Origin: Chiloscyllium plagiosum | Lineage: Eukaryota | Assembly (NCBI RefSeq): GCF_004010195.1 | Contig: NC_057718.1 | Location: forward strand, 72,142,071 to 72,206,070 | Reading direction: 5' to 3' | Length of the DNA: 64,000 bases | In this document: positions 49,844 through 62,169 of the stretch, piece by piece | How positions within the stretch are numbered: position 1 is the stretch's first letter | Layout of the letters: every line of letters begins with the position of its first letter | Notes under the pieces: model-generated | What the model was told of the DNA's origin: nothing | The model's database searches: none | Seen by the model: the letters and a program-made list of their open reading frames with translations, nothing else | Position numbers and translations under genes: made by a program

Positions 49844-52120
49844 GGTGTTATTCCTCCAATTTGCGGCCCAATTCACTCTGGCAATGGAGGAGGCCAAGGA
49901 TGGTAATGTTGAGAGGGAATGGGAGGGTGAATTAAAGTGGACGGTGACAGAGAGGTCAGGTCAGCCTTTGCAGACCCAGCTGAGATGCTCAGCAAAACGT
50001 GCCTCTAGTTTACATTTACTCTCACCGATGCAGAGAAGACCACACATCAGGATCACCGGGCACAGTAAACTAGTTTGGAGGAGAGGCAGGAGGAGAGACC
50101 TCTGTCTCATCTTGAAGGACTGTTTGGTGTCCTGGATGGAGTTAAGGGGATTGGTGCTCCAGCAGGTTTTGCATCTTTTGCACGGGAAGGTACTGGGGGT
50201 TTTTGGCGGAGGGGGGAAATGATGTTGGCGGGGACAGTGGTGCGAACCATGGATTGGTGAAGGGAACGGTGTTTGTGGAAGGCAGAGAGGAATGGGGAGG
50301 AGATGTTTTTGGTGGTGGGTACTAGTTAGAGTTGGTAGAAGTATTTAAGGATGATGCATTGGATTTGGGGACTGGTGGGGTAGAAGGTGAGGACAAGGTG
50401 TACCCTATCTTTATTGCATTTGGGGGTTTTAGAACAGTGGAGCAGGGAATGGAGGAGATGGAGTGGAGGGCTGTCTGGATGAAAGAGTGGAGGAAAAGCA
50501 CATTGTTCAAAATAGGTGGACATCTGGGATGCTTGGGAGTGGACTATCTCCTCGTTCAAGCAGATGTGGTGGAGGCAGAGGATCTATGAAAACAGAATGG
50601 ACTCTTTGCAAAATGCAGGGTGGGAGGAGGTGTAGTCCAGGTAGGTATGAGTTCATAGTAACCGTTCGTCTGTAGACTGTGGCCAAAGATGGAAATGAAG
50701 AGGTGAAGAAAATGTTAGAAGGTGTCCAAGATAGAGCATGTGAATTTAAAGGTGGGGTGGAAGTTGTTGATAGAGTTGATCAACTAGTCCAGTTCAGACT
50801 GGATGCAGGATGCAGCACCAATGCAGTCGTTGATGTAACGGTGAAAGAATTAGGGCATAGCACCTAAGAAGAGAGACTGTTCAACATAGCTGACAAAGAG
50901 GCAGGCATAGTTAGGGTACATCTGAGTGCCAATGGCTGACCCCTGGATTTGGAGGAAATAGGAAGTATTGGAGGGAATATTATTGTGGATGAGGGTTCAG
51001 CGAGGTGGCAGAGGGCATTGTTGGAAAGGGACTGGATGGGTCTGTTGGAGAGGAAGAAGCTGAAGGTCTCTAAGGGTATCCTTGTGGGGTATGGATGTGT
51101 ATAAGGACTGCATGTTCATAGTGAAGATAAAGTGCTGGGGACCGGGGAACTGGAAGTTCCTGAAGAGGTGGTTAGTGTCATGGATGTTGGTGGGAAGTGT
51201 CTGGACCAAGGGGGAGAGAATGGAGTTGAGTAGGAACAAATGAGTTCAATTAGGCAGGAGCACTCAGAGCCGACGATGGGTCAGCCGGGGTAGTTGGGCT
51301 TGTGGATCTTGGGGAGCAGGTAGTTGGAGGCAGTGGAGGGTACATCACGTAGGCAACAAGGTCATGGACAGTGTGAGTGATTTTGACCTGATGGGCCATG
51401 GTGTGGTTGTGGTCAAAGGGTATAGGACATCGTGTCAGAGAGCTGGTGTTCGGATTGTATGACAGAGAGGTCTGTCTTCCAGACTACCACCACTCTGCCT
51501 TTCTCAGTGGGTTTGATGGTGAAACAGGGATTGGTGTGAAGGGAGTGGAGAGCTGCATGTGTGGAGGGGATGTGGTTGGAGTGGATGAGGATGGGTGGAG
51601 AAACTAACATGGCCGATGTCATATTGGCAGTCAGCAACGGAGAGATCTAGGATGGGTAAGAGGCTGGTGGAGGGCTGTCCAAGTGAAAGATGAAGGTTTG
51701 AGGCAGGAGACGGGTTCCTCGGAGGGGAGATGGGAGTTTTTGTTGAAGAAAGCAAGGAGGCGACAGAAAAAGAGCTCCACGTGTTGGTGGTTATGGAATT
51801 CGTTGAGGTGGGGGCAGAGGGCCACAAATGTGAGCCCTTTACTAAGGATGGGCAACCATTTTCAAATTGCTGCTATCAAACACAGAATGATCTGGCTGCT
51901 TGTTCATGTAAATTTCCAGCAATAACCAGAACAAAAGCGAACTCAACATCTCCATGAATTTAAGCCTTCTTCCAAAGAGGGTGTTGAAACCTATTATGTC
52001 TTGACTGGGTCCTAATGACTCCACACTTATCAGCTGTGAAACATAATAGCTGTGCCAAGACCACATCATTACCTAAGTGACTAAACCCAAAAACCTAGTC
52101 TTTTGACAGAAACTGCTGAT

Positions 52121-52680
52121 TTATTGCAAACTTTGCTGACCACAGATGTAAGACTGGTCTGTAATTGCCAGGGATTTCCCTATTACCCTTCTTGAAAAGA
52201 GGAACAGCATTCGCCTCCTTCCAATCCTCCGGTACGACTCCCGTGGAGAGTGAGGAGGCAAATATCCTCGCCAACGGCTTAGCAACCCCTTTCTCGCTTC
52301 CCGGAGCAGCCTAGGATAAATCTGGTCTGGCCCTGGGAACTTATCAATCTTAATGTTTTCCAAAATTTCCAGCACACCAACTTCTTAAATCTTGATCTGG
52401 TCAAGCTTGTATCCCAGCTCCTCAAAGCATTCATTCACAACAAGGTCCCTTTCCTTAGTGAAAATCGAAGCAAAAAACTCATTTAGGGCTTCCCCTATCT
52501 GCTCAGACTCCATGCATAAGTTCCCTCTGCTATCCCTGATTGGCCCGACCTTCTCCCTGATTCCTCAGGTATGAGTAAACTGCCTTTGGGTTCTCCTTAA
52601 TCCTTCTTACCAAGTCTTTCTTGTGCTCCCTCCTGGCTCTCCTCAGTCCATTTCCAGCAAGCCTGTAATCCTCTAAAGCT
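52121..52680 (-). mobile_element. CR1 ORF2 internal fragment
   Basis: IKENPKA, KIDKFPGPDQIYPRLLRE. Confidence 0.8.
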
Positions 52681-53091
52681 GTGTTCCTCCAACTCTGTCT
52701 TGTCCACCAAACAGGAGCCAACCTCTTGCATCCAGAAAGTTTTGCCTGAAATTCATCATCTTCAGGCATTATCAGCATTGAGGCTGCGACATCTGCTGTG
52801 CCTGAGAGGTTTCTTTGATGCTAGGCAGTGGAAGAGAACCCACGGGTTCTAACAGACTTGTGGGGTGTTCTGAAGGGTCTGGTATGTTTCACTCCTGCCC
52901 TGTTTGCAAAGTCGTTGCTTTCAGGTTCAGAATTCAGATCCATATTCAGAATTGCCTCTTTGTACGGCTTGGGACCATATTTCATGTCGACCATGCCTCT
53001 TACCCATGCAGGGCTATCCCCATGGTTTCGACACCAAAATTCATCTCTGGAATTAAACTTTCTTGCTAAGAGGACTGTAGTGTCCGGTTTA

Positions 53092-56000
53092 CATACAACA
53101 TAGAACATTACAGCGCACTGCAGGCCCTTCGGCCCTCGAAGTTGCACTGACCTGTGGAACCAATCTGAAGCCTACACTATTCCATCTTCATCCATATGTC
53201 TATCCAATGACCATTTAAATACCCTTGAAGTTGGCAAGTATACGACTGTTGCAGGCAGTGCGTTTCATGCCCTTACTACTCCCTGAGTAAAGAAACTACC
53301 TCTGACATCTGACGTATCTCTATCACCCCTCAATTTAAAGCTATGTCCTCTCGTGCCAGCCATCACCATTCGAGGAAAGAGCCTCTCACTGTCCACTCTA
53401 TGTAACTCTCAGATTATTTTATATGTCTCTGTTAAGTCACTTCTCAAACTTCTCTTTTACAAAAACGCCTCAAGTCCCTCAGTCTTTCCTTGTAAGACTT
53501 TCCTGCCATACCAGACAACATCCTAGTAAATCTCCTCTGAACCCCCTCCAAAGTTTCCACATCCTTCCTATAATGTGGTGACCAGAAGTGTATGCAAAAC
53601 TCCAAGTGCAGCCGCACCAGAGTTATGTACAGCTGCAACATGACCTCATGACTCTGAAACTCAATCCCTCCAATAGCTAACACATCATATGCCTTGATGC
53701 TAGGCAGTGGAAGAGAACCCACGGGTTCTAACAGACTTGTGGGGTGTTCTGAAGGGTCTGATATGTTTCACTCCTGCCCTGTTTGCAAAGTCGTTGCCAC
53801 CTGGGTGGCAACTTTTAGGGATCTATGTACACAGATCCCGAGATCTCTCTGCTCATCTACACTACCAAGAATCTTAACATTAGCCCAATACACTTTATTC
53901 CTGTTGTCCCTTCAAAAGTGAATCACCTCACACTTTCTCGCATTAAACTCCATTTGCCACCTCTCAGCCCAGCTCTGCATCTTATCTATGTCCTTCTGTA
54001 ACCTGCAACATCCATCAGCTCTATCCACAACTCCACCGACCGTAGTGTCATCCGTAAATTTACTAACCCATCCTATTAGGCCCTCATCTCGGTCACTTAT
54101 AAAAATGATAAACAGCAGTGGTCCCAAAACAGATCCTTGCAGTACACTACTAGTAACTGAACTCCAGGATGAACATTTCCCATCAACCACCACTGTCTTG
54201 TTTCAGCTAACCAATTTCAGATCCAAACTGCTAAGTCACCCTCAATCCCATGCCTCTGAATTTTGTGCAATAGCCTACCGTGGAGAAACTTATCAAACAC
54301 CTTACTGAAATCCATATAGAACACATCAACTGCTTTACCCTCACCCACCTGCTTGGTCACCATCTCAAAGAACTCAATAAGGTTTGTGAGGCACGACCTG
54401 CCCTTCACAAAATCATGTTGACTTTCCCTATCAACTTATTCCTCTCTAGATGATTATAAATCCTATCACTTATAACCTTTTCCAACACTTTACCCACAAC
54501 CGAAGTAAGGCTCACTGGTCTATAATTACCAGGGTTGTCTCTACTCCCCTTCTTGAACAAGGGGACAACATTCCCTATGGCACTGTTATGGCACTGTCCC
54601 TGTAGACAATGACAACATAACGATCAAAGCCAAAGGCTGTGCAGTCTCCTCCCTGGCTTCCCAGAGAATTCTAGTATAAATCCCATCCAGCCCAGGAAAC
54701 TTATCTATTTTCACAATTTTCAGAATTGCTAACACCACCTCCTTGCTACCATCAATCCCATCTAGTCTAGTAGCCTGTATCTCAGTATTCCCCTCAACAA
54801 CATTGTCTTTTTCCAATGTGAATACTGACAAAAAATATTCATTCAATGCTTCCCCATCTCCTCGCACTCCAGGCACAACATCCCATGTTTATGCTTGATT
54901 GGCCTTAATCTTTGTCTCGTATTCTTTTACTCCTGATATTTCTATAGAACTCTTTAGGGTTTTCCTTGATCCTACCTGCCAACAACTTCTCATGCCCCCT
55001 CCTGGCTCTTCTTAGTTCACTGTTTCTTGGCTAACTTGTAACTCTCAAGTGCCCTAACTGAGCCTTCATGTCTCATCTTAACTTAAGCCTTCTTCTTTCT
55101 CTTGACAAGAGACTCGGCTTCTTTGGTAAACTATGGCTCCCTTGCTTGACCACTTCCTCCCTGCCTGACAGGTGCATACTTATCAAGGACACGCATTAGC
55201 TGTTCCTTGAATAAGCTCCATATTTCAATTGTGCCCATCCCCCGCAGTTTCCTTGCCCATCCTACGCATCTTAAATCTTGCCTAATCGCATCATAATTGC
55301 CTTTCCCCCAGGAATAGCTCTTGCGCTATGTTATATCCCTATCCCTTTTCATCGCCAAAGTAATCATAACCGAATTCTGGTCACCATCACCAAAGTGCTC
55401 ACCTACCTCCAAATCTAAATCCAAATCCAAATGGCTGGGTTCATTACCCAGTATCAAAGCCAATGTGGCCTCGCTCCTTATTGGCTTGTCTACATACTGT
55501 GTCAGGAAACAATCCTGCACATATTGGACAAAAACTGACCCATCTAAAGTACTCAAACTATAGTATATCCAGCCAATATTTGGAAATTTAAAGTCCCCAG
55601 AATTATCTTTGCTATCCTTTCCTCTACATCTCTGGAACTATTCAGAGGCCTATAGAAAACTCCCAACAGGGTGACCTCTCTTTTCCTGTTTCTAACCTCA
55701 GCCCATACTATCTCAGTAGACGAGTCCTGAAACGTCCTTTCTGCTACCATAATACTGTCCTTGACTAACAATGCCGCACCTCCCCTGTTTTACCATCTTC
55801 TCTGTTCTCACTGAAACATCTAAATCCTGAAACCTACAACCATTCCTGTCTCTGCTCTATCCATGTCTCTGAAACGGCCACAACATCGAAGTCCCAGGTA
55901 CCAACGCATGCTGCAAGTTCACCCACCTTATTCCGGATGCTCCTGGCATTGAAGTAGACACACTTCAAACCACCTTCCTGCTTGCCAGTACACTCTTGCG

Positions 56001-56304
56001 ACCTTGAAACCATATTTCTGACTCACTGCTCCCAAACTTCTGGACACTGGAACTACAATTTAGGTTCCCATCCTCCTGCTGAATTAGTTTAATCCCTCCT
56101 GAAAAGCATTAGCAAATTTTCCACCCAGGATATTGGTACCCCTCTGTTTCAGGAGTAGACCATCCTGTTTGTAGAGGTCCCACGTACCCCAGAAGGAGCC
56201 CCAAATATCTAGGAATCCCAAACCCTCCATCCTGCACCATTCCTGTAGCCACGTCTTCAACTCCTCTCTCTCCCTATTCCTCGCCTCACTAGCACGTGAC
56301 ACAT
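53092..56304 (-). mobile_element. CR1 LINE (end of ORF1 esterase through ORF2 and 3' tail), disrupted
   Basis: GVFYRP, YMDFSKVFDK, QGSVLGP, FTDD; 6-bp TSD GGTTTA (53086-53091, 56305-56310). Confidence 0.9.
53694..53797 (+). repeat. 104-bp copy of 52815-52918 inserted in CR1
   Basis: Direct repeat with one mismatch, offset 879 bp. Confidence 0.95.
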
Positions 56305-57677
56305 GGTTTATTGTTCATGATGTCCTTTTACCCACCCCACCCCCAGGTCTGGAATGATCAGGTTTAACAATGGTACAAAATCTCCTCCCCATTAACAACT
56401 CTGTTGGAGTGGTCCTTGATGTTGCATAGAGGTGGGTCTATAATCAAACAGGAAGTGGGACAGTTTGGTATTGAGTGAAGCTGCAGGCTGTTTCTTTAAG
56501 CCTGCCTTCAAAGTTTGGACTGCTTTTTCTGCCAGACTACTGAATGATGGATGGTATAGAGCTGTCCTTATATGCTAAATACTATCTAACTTTAGGAAAT
56601 TGTCAAATTCCTTGCTGTTAAATAATAGTCTTTGACCAACACTTTCAGGCTCACAACTTTTCAATCATCATCCCTGTGTTTGATGAATGAAAACTATGCA
56701 TATCCAACCACTTTGAATGGGCATCCACAATGACTAAAAAACATACAGGCAATGAAAGGATTGGCACAGTTGATGAGTAACTGAATGCAGGATTTACCTG
56801 GCCATTCCCACAAATGTGAGGGAGCTGCTGGTGGCAATCTTTGTCGCTGTTGACATCTAGGCACTGCCATGTCATTCTGGGTATGTTGGCGTCCAATCCT
56901 GGCCAGCAGACGTCTTGCCAATATCTTCATTTTGGAAACCTGGTGGATCTTTGCTTGCCATAATAATATGTAATTCTCTATGGTGATCTGGTCTTACTGG
57001 GTCCAGAAAGATTTCCATTCTGGCTGTGATGGCCTTTTTGTTACCCCTATCACCACCAACTGTTTTAGTTTTGCCCAGACAGGATCGTCTTGTGTCCACA
57101 GTCTGATAATGTCACCGGTGACCAGAAGAGTATCCCGAACATTTAAAACCAGAATGGACTGTTCTAGTGGTGACACGATTAGAGGTGTATCTGCCAGTGG
57201 GAGGAGGCTCAAGGCATCTGTCTTTGCCGTTTGGCTTCCTGGTCAGTATTCCAATTTGTAAATGTAAGCACTCAGAATAAGAGCCCACTGCTGAATTTGA
57301 CCTGAATCTCTGGTTGGCAGAGCTCTGTCCTCCTTAAGTAATCCTCACAGGGGTTTCTGGCCTGTCACTATTATAAATTTATATCTGTAAAGGTATTGGT
57401 GAAACTTCCTCACATCAAACCTTCCTTTTCTATCGAAGCATATCTATGTTTGGCATCAGCCAAAGTCTGGGTGTTCTTCTCAGCTGGGCCACCGGTGAGC
57501 CAACATTACCCGAATACTATATGAGGAGGCATCGTATGTGAGGACTACATTTCATTTGGGATCATGGTGCCCCAATACCTTAGACAACAATAGTTGCTTC
57601 TTCAATAGCCTATAAAGCTATCTTGGCTATGAGACCATTTCCAAACTGACCATTTTTCAATAGCTGATTTAGGGTCT

Positions 57678-58145
57678 AATATGAACCAGGCTAGACCCTC
57701 TCAAAACATTTCAAGAAGGTAGCCCAGACCCTGACTTTTCTAGTTGTTTTAATCAGATGTAAAGTAGATATTCCAGGAGGGATGCAGCTGGTCAAAACCC
57801 CTTGGTTTTAAACAAAATAATTTATTTACAGAGACCGAGTGAAACACAAACAAAAGAGAACAGAATACAGAACAACTTAACTTATCCAAAAACCCAACAA
57901 GCTATCCCAGCTTAATGATGCTGTTCCAAATTCCTGCAATAATCCCCATAAACATCCCCTTGGCAAAACAAAGGTAAAGTTAAACACAGGGTCTTACAGA
58001 GAGAGAGAAATTCAGCATGGAACACCTTCTTCCATGTAACTGTTTCTTTTGGATTCCCAGCTAACAACTGAACAGCAACTCTGAACAGCCAGACTGCTTG
58101 CTAAAACCAAATTAAAACCAAACTAGAGGAAAGCTGAGCAAGGAG
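57678..58145. mobile_element. LTR-type repeat, same family as 11674-12120
   Basis: Shared AAACATTTCAAGAA.GTAGCCCA and GAAACACAAACAAAAGAGAACAGAATA. Confidence 0.7.
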
Positions 58146-58761
58146 AAATAACTAGCAAATAAGTGAGGATGACAGTAAAATCTCAAACAAAACTTCTGAG
58201 AAATTGCACATATCAAGCCAAAGTTAAGCCATCTGATCCACTAATTCAAATTTCAGAGCCTGAAGAAAGAACCAAGTCAGCCTGTTGACAACCTTTTAAT
58301 GATATTGAGAAATGTAGTCAAAGTGCAAAATCAAAGAAGCAGATGAAAGGCTGACAGATAGCTTGTGTAAGAGATTAAAGTGTTATAAAAGAGTTTGAAG
58401 TTCAGAATTAGTATTTTGTTACAAAAGATCTTTAGAAATTTTACTTAGACGTGAAGAGGTGTGATGTTTCTTTTTAAAGAAAGAGGATGTCATCATAGAA
58501 TGGTTTTGGAATGTAGGATGTCACTCAGATGACTGTGCCTATGCCAGCACTCTGAGGGATGAATTTACTGAGTGCCAATCCTTCGCCTATTCTCTCAAGC
58601 TCAGCATTCTTCTTTTTCAGATACTGTAAAATTGCGACGAGTCAAATTTGGATAAGACAGGACTGTGATTGCATCATAGCTGTCAGCTATTCCCGCCAGC
58701 AGAATAAGAAATCCGATTGAGTGATGCCTAAGCTAAGACAAAACTCACAATTAATTCCAGA

Positions 58762-60886
58762 TTAGAACATAGAACACAGAAAATTACAATGCAGTACAGG
58801 CCCTTCGGCCCTCAAAGTCGCACCGACCTGTGAAATCAATCTGAGCCCATCTAACTGACACTACTCCATTATCATCCATATGTTTATCCAATGACCATTT
58901 AAATGCCCTTAAATTTGGCAAGTCGACTACTGTTACAGGCAGGCCATTCCACGCCCTCACTACTCTCTGAGTAAAGAACCTACCTCTGACATTTGTATAT
59001 ATATCACTCTCAGTTTAAAACCATGTTCCCTCATGCTAGCCATCACCATCTGAGGAAAAAGGTCTCATTGTCCACCCTATCTAATCCTCTGAACATCTTG
59101 TATGTCTCTATTAAGTCACCTCTCAACCTTCTTCTTTCCAGCAAAAACACCCTCACTTCCCTCAGCCTTTCCACATAAGATCTTCCCTCCATACCGGGCA
59201 ACATCCTGGTCAATCTCCTCTGAACCTGTTCCAATGCTTCTACATGCTTCCTGTCTTGTGGTGACCAGAACTGTATGCAATACTCCTGATGTGACAGCAC
59301 CAGAGTTTTGTACAGCTGCAACATGACTTCATGGCTCTGAAACTCAATCCCTCTTCCAATAAAACCTAACACACTGTATGCCTTCTTAACAACCCTATCA
59401 ACCTGGGTGGCAACTTTCAGGGATCTATGTACCTGGACACTGAGATCTCTCTGCTCATCTGCTCTACCAAGAATCTTACCATTAGCCCAGTAATCCTGTT
59501 ACTCCTTCCAAAGTGAATCATCTCACACCTTTTCCCATTAAACTGCATTTGCCACTTCTCAGCCCAGCTTTGCACTGCTGCCTCACAGCGCCTGAGATCC
59601 GGGTTCAATTCCCGCCTCAGGCGACTGACTGTGTGGAGTTTGCACGTTCTCCCCGTGTCTGCGTGGGTTTCCTCCGGGTGCTCCGGTTTCCTCCCACAGT
59701 CCAAAGATGTGCAGGTCAGGTGAATTGGCCATGCTAAATTGCCCATAGTGTTAGGTAAGGAGTAAATGTAGGGGTATGGGTGGGTTGCGCTTCGGCGGGT
59801 CGGTGTGGACTTGTTGGGCCGAAGGGCCTGTTTCCACACTGTAATGTAATGTAATGTAATCTAATCTAATCTTATCTATGTCCATCCGCAACCTGCAACA
59901 TCCTTTGGCACTGGCTACAACTCCACCGACCTTAGTGTCATCTGCAAATTTACTATGCCATCATTTTACGCCCCATCTCGGTCATTTATAAAAATGACAA
60001 ATAGCACTTGCCCCAAAACAGATCCTTGCAGTACACCACTAGTAACTGAACTCCAGGATGAACATTTTCCATCAACCACTACCTTTTTTCAGCAAGCCAA
60101 TTATTGTTCCAAACCACTAAATCACCATTAATCCCATGTCTCCGTATTTTGTGCAATAGCCTACTGAAATCCATATGCACCACATCAGCCGCTTTATCAT
60201 CACCCACCTGTATGGTCACCTTCTCAAAGAACTCAATATGATTTGTGAGGCACAACCTACCCTTCACAAAACCGTGTTGACTATCCCTAATCAAATTCTT
60301 CCTTTCTAGATGATTATAACTCTTATCTCTTATAATCCTTTCCAATACTTCACCCACAACCAAAGTAAGGCTCACTGGTCTATAATTACCAGGGTTGTCT
60401 CTGCTCCCCTTCTTGAACAAGAGGACAATATCTGCTATCCTCCAGTCTTCTAGCACTATTCCTGTAGACAATGACAACATAACGATCAAAGCCAAAGGCT
60501 GTGCAGTCTCCTCCCTGGCTTTCCAGAGAATCCTAGGATAAAACCCATCTGGTCCTGTGGACTTAACTATTTTCATACTTTGCAGAATTGCTAATACCTT
60601 CTCCTTATGAACCTCAATCTCACCTAGTCTAATAACCTGTATCTCAGTGTTCTCCTCAACAACATTATCTTTTTCCAGTGTGAATACTGACAAAAAATAT
60701 TCATTAGCGCCACTCCTATCTCTTCGAACTCCACGCACAATTTCCCACGATTGTCCTTGAAAGGTCTACTCTTACTCTAGTCATTCTTTTATTCCTGACA
60801 TACCTATAGAAAGCTTGAGGGTTTTCATTGATCCTCCCTGCCAAAGACTTTTCATGTCCCCTCCTCGCTCTTCTTAGCTCTCTCTC
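58762..60886 (-). mobile_element. 5'-truncated CR1 LINE interrupted by a SINE
   Basis: ORF 60079-60738 NYRPVSLT, SQHGF; same family as 53092-56304. Confidence 0.9.
59571..59870 (+). mobile_element. Young, slightly 5'-truncated tRNA-derived SINE
   Basis: Near-identical to the 30650 copy. Confidence 0.9.
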
Positions 60887-61029
60887 AAGCTGGTCTCTTT
60901 TACAGACTGTGCCAATGGTCTACAATGTTTTTCAGCATAGGATACATTTTTAAAATTGAATAACAAATTTATTATGCATGATGTATAAATCTAAAGTGAG
61001 CATCTATAATTATTCATTTGTTCCGTATT

Positions 61030-62168
61030 CACTAAGTCTCACTGTAACATTTATGGTTGCACATTATCTGCCAGTGCTTTGAAACTTGGATTGTAGTTTG
61101 AGACTGCTGTTCATACACAGTCTATCAAATAGCTGTCTGTGAGGCAGGTGCAATACTTGGTCTTAATTATCCACATTTTAAATGACACTGTCTCACAGAC
61201 ATCCATAAAACCAAAATAGGCTTTCACTTTAAGAGCACAGGATGGTAGGAGTGGGCAATTTTCTCTGTTTATGAGTTTGAGAGTAACAAATTGTTGTCCA
61301 AAGATCAAAAATCTGACTTCTAGCTCAAATCATTTTGCATGGTAATTATTTCCATATCTAACTTCACTGTTTTGACAATCTAACACCTGATAGATTTTGT
61401 AGCCAACCCACCAATGTCTACTTGAAAGAATGGATTCTAAACAAATATTTGTTCCACTGCATCTAATTTATGAAAATCACCTTTTTAATCCCTCTACTAA
61501 CTTCCTCAGATGTGCACAGATGTTTTGTGAGTAAAACTATTTTTCTTTGTCATTGATTTGTTGTTATGGTATTTTTTTCCAGACTCAAGGAAGTGTTGCA
61601 GCATTTTATTTTTAAAATCAGAGGACCATAGACATAGTTTCACTTTAAGTGCATTCAGAGCACTCATCATGTGTACTAAGTCTCTGTTCCTTCCCTGGAG
61701 TTCACGGTTCAGCTCATTCAATTCAGAATTGATGTCTGTCATGAACCCAAAGATGAGCCACCACACATTGTCTGACAGCTCGCTGCATACTTCAGTTCTT
61801 GATTTAGGAGAACCATAATTTCAGGCACCAGATCTAAAAATATTTGCAGGATCTTCCCTCACCTTAACAAACTCACACTAATCTGGATGATTAGTTCACC
61901 AGAAGCATCATTGCGTTCATTGAGCAAGGATTCAAACAAGTGGTGCTGAAGGACTCTTGCTCAAAACTATTTCACATTATTTACAAAAACTTTCATTACA
62001 TGGCAAGTGTGTATAAGTTTCTCTCTCTCATGCTTGCTGTTGGATTAAACAGTGGTAAATCAGAAAAGAGGGGAAATCAGGATCATTCCTCGAAAATGCT
62101 CACATTTAAACCAAGCAAATCAGTTGTGGTGGAAACCAATTACTTGATTGGAACATTTTTCTCAAGCT
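61030..62168 (-). mobile_element. hAT (Charlie/SPIN-like) transposase fossil
   Basis: FMTDINSELNELNRELQG...ALKVKLCLW and a degenerate dimerisation domain (CETVSFKMWIIKTKY...LTD); stops and frameshifts. Confidence 0.75.
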
Positions 62169-62169
62169 T

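Larger units (their letters stand above)
48290..51850 (-). mobile_element. Long decayed Penelope-like element (RT, GIY-YIG, terminal repeat with degenerate hammerhead)
   Basis: LSKGLTF, TIKPTEKG..VVVW (ADKG motif), MNMQSLYTSIPH, AIGT...PNYACLF, YIND. Confidence 0.8.
52690..57670 (-). mobile_element. Decayed Ty3/gypsy pol (RNaseH-integrase) split by a CR1 insertion
   Basis: LWTQDDPV, WEWPGK, FLVIVDAHSKWLD, YHPSFSSLAEKAVQTLK, WCRNHG...AWVRG. Confidence 0.8.

Noticed and set aside
58605..58725. Possible plus-strand exon after TTCTTTTTCAG (SERAC1 candidate)
   Set aside because: No frame resembles SERAC1 or any protein I recognise, and there is no clear donor.
61506..61766. Domesticated transposase gene (GTF2IRD2/EPM2AIP1-like)
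   Set aside because: Surrounding frames contain stops and frameshifts; it behaves as a fossil transposon.
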